Origin: Andalucia godoyi And28
Lineage: Eukaryota; Protista; Jakobida
Assembly (NCBI GenBank): GCA_009859145.1
Contig: VRVR01000040.1
Span: forward strand, 1 to 64,000
Direction: 5' to 3'
DNA: 64,000 nt
Below the pieces are notes generated by a model. The model saw only the letters and a program-made list of their open reading frames with translations, was not told the DNA's origin and did no database searches. Position numbers and translations under genes: made by a program. Shown here piece by piece: positions 1 through 9,889 of this stretch (positions are counted from its first letter, which is position 1; the number at the start of each line of letters is the position of its first letter).

Positions 1-34
1 AAGTATTTGGACACCATTTGGAGGAAATCCAGCT

Positions 35-454
35 TCAGAAGGGGCATATTCTTCTGCACTCTGTACGATACATAGTGGTGCAGCCGCTTCTCTTCGTCCG
101 GGCAGAGAGCAGCAGGCCGTCCTTGCAAAGATCCCGGAAGCGCTGCACCAGTTCATCGACATGGATCTCCTCAAAGAGGCCGTTTCCTTCTTTGGGCCGT
201 TCCGCTTCCGTTGTCACGACAGGATGAAAGGCTTGAGGCTGCCTACCTTGCGTTTCCATAAACACGCTTCGAGCACAGTCGTTGAGCTCATCGAGGATCA
301 CATCGTAATAGATACCAACGTATTTGCGCACGGTTCGTTCAGGAGATTGCAGATCTTTGTACTTGACACCGTTAATGATACGCGCAAGGACGTCTTTCGT
401 GAGCTGCGCGTCCGAATTCGCTGTTCTTCCGGTAGAGGATCGTTTTTTGACCAT
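35..454 (-). CDS. hypothetical protein (may continue past the left edge in another frame)
   Basis: ORF from ATG 454 (MVKKRSSTGRT...) with coding-like composition. A second minus frame (...LCPDEEKRLHHYVSYRVQKNMPLLKLDFLQMVSKY) stays open to base 1. No family recognised. Confidence 0.4.
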   Translation of the reverse strand: MVKKRSSTGRTANSDAQLTKDVLARIINGVKYKDLQSPERTVRKYVGIYYDVILDELNDCARSVFMETQGRQPQAFHPVVTTEAERPKEGNGLFEEIHVDELVQRFRDLCKDGLLLSARTKRSGCTTMYRTECRRICPF

Positions 455-953
455 TCTGATTGGTTTTGATGAAAAACGAACGGAAGAAAGAAGAAAGCGC
501 GCCAAAACATTTTCAGCAAAAAACCGGCAAGAATACCTGCCTCTTAATTAAATTTCGACCATTTTGCAGTGCTGATAACAATACAATGAAACATTATCAG
601 AAGAAAAAATTTAATTACCAAACGCATGAAGCTCGCTGCGCTGAACACGAATTTGAAAAAAAAAAATCGGATGGTTGGACCCGGCATGACGAGTGCGAAA
701 GAACCAGCAAGAATACCTGCCTTTACGATATGGCGTTCTTCCGCTGGACTACAGCAGCTTTCTGTTCTCTTGTTTCACGTTCGGCAGTTTGAGATGGAGC
801 ACCCTTTGACTCCTCATCCGTTGCGTTGGTGTCCTCTTCTTGTCTTTTCTTCTCAGAGTAATGTAAATACGCCCAGAACAAAAGGATTTAAATAGATTAA
901 TTGGTGCATTCCCCCCCCCCCACGCCCAATACACGAAAAATTCGAAGTCCACA

Positions 954-3900
954 ATGTCTCGTTCAGAGTCTTCCATGTCAAGCGTAAAGTACGCCAGAGG
1001 CCGGATCCGTGTTTGTGTCATTGAGGCATCCAACGTCATCCCGTTCGGTTCACTCCAGCCATGTCTCGATGAGCTAACGTTTCATCTTTCTTCGACTGTC
1101 GAAGACCAGAAGAAAAGGCTCTCACACCATTCTGGCTGTTTTGTGGAAGTTTCCTTGGAAGGTGAATCTGTCTTTACACAGACTAGGATGGAGTTGGATC
1201 CGAAGTGGGATGAGCATTTTCACTTTCCGTTTTCGGATCCAGATGCTTCCATCAAGATTATGATCTGGGATGCTGTGCAAGATACGAAGATGCTCGGTTC
1301 CGTGACTATTCCGGTTAAGTCTCTAGTTCCCGACATGACATTGGATTCCTGGCACTCGATTGCTGCATCTTCTGCAGACGAAAAAAAATGCTCGAGCATA
1401 CCGGGACGTATACGGCTTTCTCTGACCCTCCACGTGCGGAAAGCGTCGCATTCGAAAACACTGAAAGCAATCCTCGAGTCGGTGGGTGCGGAACAGGAAA
1501 TGGAGCAAAAGGAGGAAGTTTTGGTGGATCCTTTCGCAAGGTCGGTGAAAAAGACGGAAGAGGAGATCCTGATTGAGAAAGTCGAACAAAAGCTCATGGC
1601 GTACAGGACTGAGCAACTGATTCGCAGTATCGAGTCTGGGCAGCACGTCATGAAATGCTCCGTCGACGACTCGAGGTTCCAGGTAGCCCTCAAAGTTCTG
1701 AAAAAGAAACTGGCAGTTGCGAAATCTCGGAAGGACATTGGCGTGGCCAACTTGTTGCACCACACTTTGGTGCGGCTTTGCAGAAATGTTTGCCAAACAA
1801 AGTATGCTATCCTGTTTTATGACTATTGTCGTGTGCGCGAACTCCTGGAGACGGATTGTGTCCGGATGTTCAACGCACTTCACAATTACTTTGATGAGCG
1901 GATGACAGTCATTCAGGGAGAGCGATCGAAGATAGAGAAACGACTGGATCGTTGGCAGAAACTGCAGATGGATGCGCTTTATGTGCAACGGAATCAAAGA
2001 CTCGAGGACTGGAAATCTGAGCCATTATTCAAGCATATGATCGAAGAAAGCACGGAAAATGCAGTCCAGCAGGCATTGTTCAATCATCAATCAGTGAATT
2101 CACCGGCGTCGTCTCCAAATGCGAAGGCGGAAATGGATCCTCATCTCGCCATGATTTGCGCTTCACAGCCAGGATTCAAAGAGGAATTGCATCGGCGACA
2201 ACAGGAGTGGACAATCCGACTGTACGAAATTTTTCGGGGTCGCGAGGAAATTCTTCTGCGCATTCAAGCTGCTGCTCGACGAGATCTTGACAGAGAGCTC
2301 ACGAGTGATGCTGAGCAGGTGCGGTATGAAAGGCGTGTGGCAGAGTCAGAACTGATCAAGCATTACGAAATTCGCATGCTGAAGCTGCAGAAAGTTGGAT
2401 CAATGAAAATGTTGGAAATTGATCACTGGATGCAAATTTATATTGGGGAGCAGCCTTCCAAATGGGTTCCCCCAAATTCCTTTGATTCTGTGAACACACT
2501 GGCGCCCATGCTGCAACGAAGATTCGGCTTGTTCTCCGAAGCTGTTACGGAAGGACAACAGTCATTCCTTTCCATGTCCTGCGCTCCCTCCGCGCTCTCC
2601 AGCATGTACAGTGTATCTGCGCTCGAAAAGTCCGAAGGATCGAGTTCTTCCTGGGGTCCAGAGATTCTGGCTTCTGATGAAAAAGAGGAGACAGCGTCAG
2701 TGAGATCGTCCTCCACTCTGGCAACAGCATCCGCAGACAATCCCGACAATCTGATGTCCTTCATGCGAGCAAACGGAGATTCAGCAAACCGATCTCTGTT
2801 GACGCTCATTCCAGTTTTTGAAAGCATGAACATGACTGCAGGGCTGGAAGACTGTCTTAAATCAGCAGACGGCACAAGCACGGCACAGCCCAGCGGCGAC
2901 TGCTTTGCATTTGAGCTCATGAAAAAGCACTGCAGAACCTCCAAATCGAAGCTACTGCGTGCTGCAGATCTCAAACTGAAGTCCAGCACTGCTGTTGCTG
3001 ATTATTCAGCAGACAGCGCTTGTGAGCTGTTCCACGAAAAGAACCCAAATTCCCCAGACTCTCTGGTCCCGTACATGGAGATCGTGTGGGCAGACACAGA
3101 TGTCAAAGACTCTTCCTCGCGACTGTATGACAAAACATCATCATCAGTCACTGGCAGTCTTACGAACCCAAGAGAGAAATTGCTGCAAATGGCAGGGATT
3201 GCAGTTCGCAATCCGCTGAAGAAACAATGCCTCAACATGCAGCTGTTGATGGTGATGGACGGCATTGAACACGATGTATTCCGACATTTTCTCGAAATGA
3301 TGCAGAGTGCACCGTCGTCATCCTCACCAAATGGCTCAGCTCTTTGTGATCCATCGTCAACTGCCGATTCCGTCACAGAATCCATCACCTCTTCTTCGGG
3401 AATTTCGTCAGCGGGTGATGTCCCTACTGGTCTTATCGCGGATGCGCCGCAAATGCCTGGCCGGTTTCTGATTAACCGATTTCCCACGCCAGATACCAGT
3501 CTTCTTCGACCAGACTTCCTCCCAGCAGCGCTTTCCGGTGTGCGAAGACTGGCGTTTGAATTCTCCGGCGTTTCGAATGAGCAATCTGGCGAAAAGCAGG
3601 TTCTCAACCACACCGTGGAAGAAACAAACCTGCTGTTGGCATCAAAGGGCTTACGCAGCCATACGAGAGCTGCATCCGTTGCAGAATTGTATGCGGAACG
3701 ATCAGCATCCACCGATCTGGAGCAGCAGATGAAACAGAGAGCCTCTCCTGAAAAAAATCGCATTCCTCGAAGGCAGCTCAAAGTGGATTCACTGTCCTAC
3801 AAATACATGGTGTCGAAGAAAGGAGAGGCCTTCAAGGACGCAACTGCGGTGAATATCAAAGAGGAAATGCGGCAACGGGCCGCACAAGCCTCTGTCGACA

Positions 3901-4178
3901 ATAAGAAGCTTCTGCAAGATCGAGCTCGAGTGAGAAAAGAGTTCGAAGAAAACGAGAAGCAGGCAATGAAGGAGCGAGAGCTGCAGCAAAAACGTGCACA
4001 AGAGTTTTTGTTGATTGCGCAAAGACAGAGAGAGATAGAGGAGCGTCTTCGTGGACTACACACCAGCTCTGCAGGGACCACGGGTTCCAAAGGGCAGAGA
4101 GTTACGACGAATGCGGCGGCGGTGTCAAAAGATACGAAGACAGCGAGAAAGCCGCGGTTTGTTCCGGTGGACGAGTAA
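954..4178 (+). CDS. C2-domain protein with coiled-coil regions
   Basis: 1074-aa ORF. The N-terminus has a C2 pattern (RIRVCVIEASNV...FVEVSL...DPKWDEHFHF...IKIMIWD...LGSVTIPV...DSWHSI). Confidence 0.8.
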   Translation: MSRSESSMSSVKYARGRIRVCVIEASNVIPFGSLQPCLDELTFHLSSTVEDQKKRLSHHSGCFVEVSLEGESVFTQTRMELDPKWDEHFHFPFSDPDASIKIMIWDAVQDTKMLGSVTIPVKSLVPDMTLDSWHSIAASSADEKKCSSIPGRIRLSLTLHVRKASHSKTLKAILESVGAEQEMEQKEEVLVDPFARSVKKTEEEILIEKVEQKLMAYRTEQLIRSIESGQHVMKCSVDDSRFQVALKVLKKKLAVAKSRKDIGVANLLHHTLVRLCRNVCQTKYAILFYDYCRVRELLETDCVRMFNALHNYFDERMTVIQGERSKIEKRLDRWQKLQMDALYVQRNQRLEDWKSEPLFKHMIEESTENAVQQALFNHQSVNSPASSPNAKAEMDPHLAMICASQPGFKEELHRRQQEWTIRLYEIFRGREEILLRIQAAARRDLDRELTSDAEQVRYERRVAESELIKHYEIRMLKLQKVGSMKMLEIDHWMQIYIGEQPSKWVPPNSFDSVNTLAPMLQRRFGLFSEAVTEGQQSFLSMSCAPSALSSMYSVSALEKSEGSSSSWGPEILASDEKEETASVRSSSTLATASADNPDNLMSFMRANGDSANRSLLTLIPVFESMNMTAGLEDCLKSADGTSTAQPSGDCFAFELMKKHCRTSKSKLLRAADLKLKSSTAVADYSADSACELFHEKNPNSPDSLVPYMEIVWADTDVKDSSSRLYDKTSSSVTGSLTNPREKLLQMAGIAVRNPLKKQCLNMQLLMVMDGIEHDVFRHFLEMMQSAPSSSSPNGSALCDPSSTADSVTESITSSSGISSAGDVPTGLIADAPQMPGRFLINRFPTPDTSLLRPDFLPAALSGVRRLAFEFSGVSNEQSGEKQVLNHTVEETNLLLASKGLRSHTRAASVAELYAERSASTDLEQQMKQRASPEKNRIPRRQLKVDSLSYKYMVSKKGEAFKDATAVNIKEEMRQRAAQASVDNKKLLQDRARVRKEFEENEKQAMKERELQQKRAQEFLLIAQRQREIEERLRGLHTSSAGTTGSKGQRVTTNAAAVSKDTKTARKPRFVPVDE

Positions 4179-4180
4179 TA

Positions 4181-4689
4181 TACCGTTGAATAATGACACG
4201 TCACTGTCATGCATACGGAAGGAAAGTATACATAAACAGACACGATCAATACCGGCCGACGCTAGCACGTTTGTTTCACAGGGGAATTCGTGCTTACGCG
4301 TAGCCATCTATCATTCGTTCAGCGCACTGCCTAGAAGCGAACTTCCAAGACGCGATCTCCAGTCCCCAGCACGCAAGGTAGCCAACCCCAAGCAGAAGCC
4401 TCAGGGACCGTCTCTTGCAGAACTCGTGGTTTTCTGCTACGATGCACCAGGCGCAGTCGCAGTCGCAGTCGCAAAACCCCACCGTCTTCCTGCCGCCTCT
4501 TCCTCTCGTAGCTCCAGGTGCATCAATCGCGCTACAACTGAGGACACGAAAAGCGCCTGCTGCTAGGGCCGTCAGAGTCAAAACGCCGCGAGGCGTGTTG
4601 GGGCCTGCCCCCTTCCCGGCAACGGGATGCAAGATTGAATATGCATGTCTATTCGCAGATATGCATGTTCAGTGTATATAATGTAGGCG
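4181..4689 (+). mobile_element. non-autonomous Fanzor2-derived element (copy A)
   Basis: Its left end TACCGTTGAATAATGACACGTCA.TGTCATGCATACGGAAGGAA is shared with 24847(-) and 50526(-). Its 3' part GGCGTGTTGGGGCCTGCCCCCTTCCC...AATGTAGGCG matches the 3' end of the Fanzor2 remnant at 15741-15853(-). Confidence 0.75.
4592..4689 (+). ncRNA. candidate omegaRNA scaffold (Fanzor2 type); the guide would be about 4690-4710
   Basis: Stems found by eye: GCCUGC/GUAGGC; UCCCG-GCAA-CGGGA; AUUGAAUAUGCAUGUCU/AGAUAUGCAUGUUCAGU. The architecture is conserved with the 15.8 kb copy. Confidence 0.55.
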
Positions 4690-4837
4690 TTGGGCATTGA
4701 GATCTGTCGCGAAGAAAAGCAAAGGAAAAATTAAAAAAGGAAAAACAAATCGTTTAATAAGAAGAAGAAGAACAACAACAACAACCCCACCCCTCCACCC
4801 ATGGTTTTGCCATGCAACAATACGGAAGCGCGCAACC

Positions 4838-7800
4838 TCATTGGTCAGTCAATCTGCAGAAGCTCTTCACAAACTGTACTTCAGAATCTGTGAGGCCGTC
4901 AAACATAAACTCTCTTGCATCCTGTCCGCAGCCCCACACATGCACAATCCAATCGCAAAAGACGGAGGCTTTCCGTTTCAACATTCGCCCGGTAGACAGC
5001 GAAGCTGATCTTGGACCAAACGATGGATACAGGAACTCCAAACAACGATACTCAATTTTCTCCAGCAATTCGACATGCTGCAGGGATGGAATGCACTTTC
5101 CAGCAATCAACGACCCAGTCTCTGTACCGATATGAATTCTGCCATCGTACGGTGCAAATGAAACGGATGAAACAAAGGAGGAAGACAAGAATACTTGCGA
5201 AACGACCGACATTGGCTCATCAACGGCATTGAAAGAACACTTGACTACAAACACAGATCCTGTGCCGTCCACGACAAAAACTGAATCCTCGGCAATTGCT
5301 ACGCAAGAAACGATTTGCTTAGAAAAACCTGAAGAAACATGCCGGCCGCGAAGCACAAATGCTGAAAACTCCGCAGAATACGTAAACGTATGCAGGCCGT
5401 CCGCGGTTGTTCCACAAAACAAGGTCGATCCAAAACAAGACAAACACGTGATTTTGGAAGGAACCGCAGACTGCGTCCTGGAACTAAGCAGCAGAGAATG
5501 GTTTTCTGGGCGGACATGAAATAGCAAAATATCGGTGCCGACAGAGGCAAGCAAGTGATTTTCTGACCACGCGCAAAGGTTTTCGATGGGAAATCGCGAA
5601 TGAGGAAGCCGAAATGTCAACTTATCGGACTGCACAAGAGACGGTATGATCGCTGGGGACAAGGGGGCATCCGCCACAACACTATGTGCTGTCTCAGAAC
5701 AGGACATCACTAAAATGCGCAGATAAGATACAACTGCAGGCTGGTGCGGAATAGGAACCGTTGATGACGGGGCGCTCGACGGACTCTGCGCAGTCGACAG
5801 AATTACTGGCGCAGAGATGGGGACAAAATGAGCAGCAGAGGACACCGCAACAGCATGACTTCCAAGTCGTACACAAGAGACAACTCGTTCAGAATCCCCA
5901 AAATCTCGATACGAAGAAATCATTCGAAGGTCTCCATCGAGCACGCATGCAAACGGAGTGAGATTTGAAAAATCGGGAATCGGGGAGGCATTGGAATGCT
6001 GGAGAATGCTCGTCGCCTTGGCATCTTCTGCATGGGCTTCCTTTGCTTCATCGTCGTCGAGATGCTCCGAAGATCCAAAGGACGGCTTCGATGCCCGTCG
6101 ACCAACATTCGAACCACTGGCTGCTGAGTGGGCAACAGGAGCTACAGAAGGCATAGCAGATGCCGTATGATAGAATGGCGGATTCTGAATCACAACAATT
6201 GGAGCTCGAAATACAGGAATATCCACTACTGGAAGCATCGGACGCTGCCCAGATGCGCGAAGCAAATGGATGGAAGGATGGACGGAAAGTACCTCGGCTC
6301 CGATAACCTGCCCGCCAATACGGGTTCCATCAACAGAAAATTCCGTCAATTTGCTGGGCAGTTGAAAAACGGACAAAACAGAATTCCCGTTCCCGACAAC
6401 CACGCCGTCTGTAACAGACGAGGACAAGCTGAAAGAAGGAGACATACAGGATATATCCCCATTCAAGCGAACAGACCGCACGGCACACGACTGTCCATTT
6501 GCGTCATCAACAAAAATAACATTCGATGCATGCACCATGTTGCCATCTTTTTCTCCAACAAATGCGACAACGAAGCTCTCGCTCTCGGGACCAAAGTCTA
6601 TGGGTGACAGTCGAACGAAGCTCGAAGAAAGATCACTTGATTCCAAGAAGAGTCGTAGTCTAGACCATGAGCATGTCGACGGTGTGTACGCGTACACTCC
6701 GTCCCCCCATAAAGAGACAATTATCGTATCATCAGAAAGCCTGTTCATAAAGGATTTCTTCACGACAGTATCCCGAGACGTTGGAATGGAAGAACCCGGA
6801 CCCGACGTCTGTATTCCCTTTTTGCCCTGAATTACCGTATGGACGCTTCCATTCGCACACAGTACAATTGCAGACGCCGACAGTGCACAGATGGAAGAGA
6901 TATCAACACCAAACGACAAGCTTCCCTTCTCGACAATCCGATCCTCAACATGCAAGCAAACAACGTCTCCATCGCCAACATCCAAGAACAAATAACGTCC
7001 GCACATCGACACAGATCGGATAACTTTCTTCCCACCAACATTGTACTCAGATATAACAGCTCGAGAAGAACTGGAAATCAACAAAACACCTTGCGAATGA
7101 ACGAAAGCAACGGTGGATTCTGCAGAGTTAAAGTGCACAAATAGCGTGATGAAATTTCGTAATTCTGGGAATGCCTCAGAGTCGTAGAAGGTCCCCTGAG
7201 AGTCGAGATCCAAAATAACAGTTCTGGAATCAAAACCCATGATCACAGTACGCAAACTGGAGACGGAAGAAGGGACCACAAAAATGCTGTGCAACTGCCC
7301 AAAGGTAGCAGAAACAGATTGCTGCGAGATCAAAAGAGGAGAAATTCCCGGGCGTATGACATGAAGAGAATCACTGCCGGACGCACTGATGAGTGATCTA
7401 TTTAGCAAAGCCGAATTCTCTACGGATTTTGGCGACACACTGGATTGTTGTGGCCGGTTTGACACCAGTGAAGGCGACAGTGCCAACAAAGGTCCACGCA
7501 CAGAATGCTCACAACGCAAAAGAAAGTTTGCAAGAGGGTTTTCCCCATTCGGTTGCATTGGAAAAAGCAGCCCAGATCCCCGACGGCTGAAATCCCCTTG
7601 AAGAACGCCATCAGGGGAAGAAGAAAACTCCTTTTCTTTTCCAATGTCCACGATCGAGAACAAGCAATCCGCCAAAGATGGACAGTAAAAAGAATGGCCC
7701 GGTGATCTGCCATGTCCATACGGCTTGTGAAAACCAGCAAGAAAGAGAAAATTCGGTTGGATGAAGCTGACATTCGGAGCATACCGAAATGCAGACATTG

Positions 7801-9127
7801 ACGGCAAAAATCTACCCTTCTTGGCAAGCGAATCGGACTCCGCTCCATCAACGAATTGCGAATAGTCGAACCACTCGAATGTCATCCGCTCATCCAAGCC
7901 GATTCCCATGATATTGTGTGCAGCTTGAGGAATAGTGTCGACATACGACGTCAGCATCCGATCTGTCAAGCAAACTCGGAAAATGTCTCCAGTCGAACCA
8001 TCTCCTACCATGAGGTAACTGGTGCTGTTCGTCTTCACGACGAAAGAAAAGCTCAAATCAATCGAACATATTCGCTCCAACCTGCTGAAAAATCTCCAAA
8101 GCAGGGAGTCATCTTTGAAAGATTGCTTGAGAGGATTCGACAGTTCTTCTTGACGGTACTTTTCGAGATCCTTCAGCATTTGCGGATTGTCAAATGCGGC
8201 TCTCCACGACGGAAGATCCAATGTTTTCCGATACTGTCGAACTTCCATCGTCCTGAAGATCATCTCAGGAAACACTCCACCATATTTCAAACACAACTGC
8301 TGCATCATGCAGTACGACTGTCCCTGGTAAGGCGTCCACGTGGGGCACCGAGGCGATTTGCACTGGTGCATCAAGTTAAGAAGACCATCATCATTGACAG
8401 AGAAGGACTGTATGAAAGAACCCCCAAAGACAACAACATTGTCTCCGAGTACTTGCGCAAAAGACACGGAGTCTTGCACAAGGCATCGATGAGACTGCGT
8501 CAGAGACCACTTCTCGCTCTTTTGTGGAATGCAAAACGATACCAATTCCTTGGTGGTCGACGAGTTCAGATGGGAGACAAGGGCAACTGCATGCCCAGAG
8601 ACGTGAACAATGGACATAAACTCAATGTCGGAAGGAGAACCAAAAAATACGTCGGAAAAGCTCGCCCGGGAAGCAACCCCTCTATCAAATCTGTCATTCG
8701 CCAACTGGCATGTGAAGGTCCACCGAAGGCTGTTGTCAATGACGATCATTCGGTCAGAAAACACGTAGCACTGCTGCTCGAAGGACTCACAGGGGCCTGA
8801 AGAAACAAAAATAGAGTCTAGTAACCGAATGGATGCCAAGTCGTCGATCAGATCGAATGCGAACAACACTAGATACCCGGAAGAGAGAAACACGAGCAGA
8901 CGATTACCGACACAATGGACTGAGATTGCTGGCGACGGAAGCGGGTGTTTCAGAACAGTTCTGAAATCCACTTGTTGGCTCTCTTGAATTCTCGATATTT
9001 CACACAGCTCCAGAATGTTCGTCCGCACAAGAACCGCCTGTTGAAAAGCGGAATCTGGATTTGTAAACTTCCCAACACACATACAAGACACTCTTGCATT
9101 GGGGAGGACGGTCTGGAAAGCAAGCAT
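4838..9127 (-). CDS. DDB1/SF3B3/CPSF1-family triple beta-propeller protein (divergent)
   Basis: ORF from ATG 9127 (MLAFQTVLP...VGKFTNP...VLVRTNILELCEI). Family-like segments: LISASGSDSLHVIRPGI, VIMGFDSRTVIL, HLLASVGTDILLFHV. Confidence 0.65.
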   Translation of the reverse strand: MLAFQTVLPNARVSCMCVGKFTNPDSAFQQAVLVRTNILELCEISRIQESQQVDFRTVLKHPLPSPAISVHCVGNRLLVFLSSGYLVLFAFDLIDDLASIRLLDSIFVSSGPCESFEQQCYVFSDRMIVIDNSLRWTFTCQLANDRFDRGVASRASFSDVFFGSPSDIEFMSIVHVSGHAVALVSHLNSSTTKELVSFCIPQKSEKWSLTQSHRCLVQDSVSFAQVLGDNVVVFGGSFIQSFSVNDDGLLNLMHQCKSPRCPTWTPYQGQSYCMMQQLCLKYGGVFPEMIFRTMEVRQYRKTLDLPSWRAAFDNPQMLKDLEKYRQEELSNPLKQSFKDDSLLWRFFSRLERICSIDLSFSFVVKTNSTSYLMVGDGSTGDIFRVCLTDRMLTSYVDTIPQAAHNIMGIGLDERMTFEWFDYSQFVDGAESDSLAKKGRFLPSMSAFRYAPNVSFIQPNFLFLAGFHKPYGHGRSPGHSFYCPSLADCLFSIVDIGKEKEFSSSPDGVLQGDFSRRGSGLLFPMQPNGENPLANFLLRCEHSVRGPLLALSPSLVSNRPQQSSVSPKSVENSALLNRSLISASGSDSLHVIRPGISPLLISQQSVSATFGQLHSIFVVPSSVSSLRTVIMGFDSRTVILDLDSQGTFYDSEAFPELRNFITLFVHFNSAESTVAFVHSQGVLLISSSSRAVISEYNVGGKKVIRSVSMCGRYLFLDVGDGDVVCLHVEDRIVEKGSLSFGVDISSICALSASAIVLCANGSVHTVIQGKKGIQTSGPGSSIPTSRDTVVKKSFMNRLSDDTIIVSLWGDGVYAYTPSTCSWSRLRLFLESSDLSSSFVRLSPIDFGPESESFVVAFVGEKDGNMVHASNVIFVDDANGQSCAVRSVRLNGDISCMSPSFSLSSSVTDGVVVGNGNSVLSVFQLPSKLTEFSVDGTRIGGQVIGAEVLSVHPSIHLLRASGQRPMLPVVDIPVFRAPIVVIQNPPFYHTASAMPSVAPVAHSAASGSNVGRRASKPSFGSSEHLDDDEAKEAHAEDAKATSILQHSNASPIPDFSNLTPFACVLDGDLRMISSYRDFGDSERVVSCVRLGSHAVAVSSAAHFVPISAPVILSTAQSPSSAPSSTVPIPHQPAVVSYLRILVMSCSETAHSVVADAPLSPAIIPSLVQSDKLTFRLPHSRFPIENLCAWSENHLLASVGTDILLFHVRPENHSLLLSSRTQSAVPSKITCLSCFGSTLFCGTTADGLHTFTYSAEFSAFVLRGRHVSSGFSKQIVSCVAIAEDSVFVVDGTGSVFVVKCSFNAVDEPMSVVSQVFLSSSFVSSVSFAPYDGRIHIGTETGSLIAGKCIPSLQHVELLEKIEYRCLEFLYPSFGPRSASLSTGRMLKRKASVFCDWIVHVWGCGQDAREFMFDGLTDSEVQFVKSFCRLTDQ

Positions 9128-9475
9128 GGTGAAACAGCCAAAGTGCAAACTGCGCGACCAACAGAAGCCGATGAGTGGGTGAGTTAGGAGGAGATGGGGA
9201 AAGCGAAAAACAAGGAGCAAGCAAGACGAAACAAGGAAGAAGGATTGATACCAGAACAAACACACACCTCCAACAGGGAAGAGAAAGAGGAGGAAGACTT
9301 TTCATTCCTGCGAGACCAACCAGACGGATGCATCAAGTGATACTGCCCTCACTCGGAGACAGCAGGTCGACGCGGTTACATTTATTTATTATTATTATTA
9401 TTAACATATATATATATATATATGTATTTGTTTTTAGTGGACTTGCATTCAAGGCAGTGGTTCACAAGGAAGACC

Positions 9476-9826
9476 ATGCCAGTGGAGGCGTCATTGCATC
9501 GAGGGATGGCCGCGAATCCGTCTCCACAGCTTCTTACAGTATTTTCCATTTGCGGATCCATTGGATGCGCATCTTTGTTTGGTCACGCCAGTCTCCATGA
9601 CCAATCGCTTGTGCGATTCCGTTGCAGCAGTCCTGTTTGGCGATTCGGAGCACTTCCACTTTCCGTAGGTGCCGGGGCTGTGGTAGGATGGTACGGCGCG
9701 TCAAGTTTGTTGACGCTGTTCACCAAAATCTACTACTCTGTGTTTTTTGCGTCCAAGGATGTTGGCTTCGAGGCGGCTCGCCATGCGCGCAAGATTGCGA
9801 TGCAGATCCGCAACGGAGGACAGTAG
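9476..9826 (+). CDS. small hydrophobic/membrane protein, hypothetical
   Basis: ORF MPVEAS... with two hydrophobic Gly-rich segments, filling the gap between two genes. The start is uncertain. Confidence 0.45.
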   Translation: MPVEASLHRGMAANPSPQLLTVFSICGSIGCASLFGHASLHDQSLVRFRCSSPVWRFGALPLSVGAGAVVGWYGASSLLTLFTKIYYSVFFASKDVGFEAARHARKIAMQIRNGGQ

Positions 9827-9889
9827 GTGATGTTGGCATCTCATTTGCATTTTACTCTTGTATCCATAACTTTTTAGCCGAGCGCGTGC

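Noticed and set aside
4051-4681. ORFs 4051-4566 and 4415-4681 inside element A
   Set aside because: No nuclease motifs apart from the terminal GVLGPAPF remnant; treated as non-coding element sequence.
7856-8800. 314-aa plus-strand ORF and many other 60-260 aa overlapping ORFs
   Set aside because: Antisense or shifted-frame shadows of long real CDSs, with no motifs.
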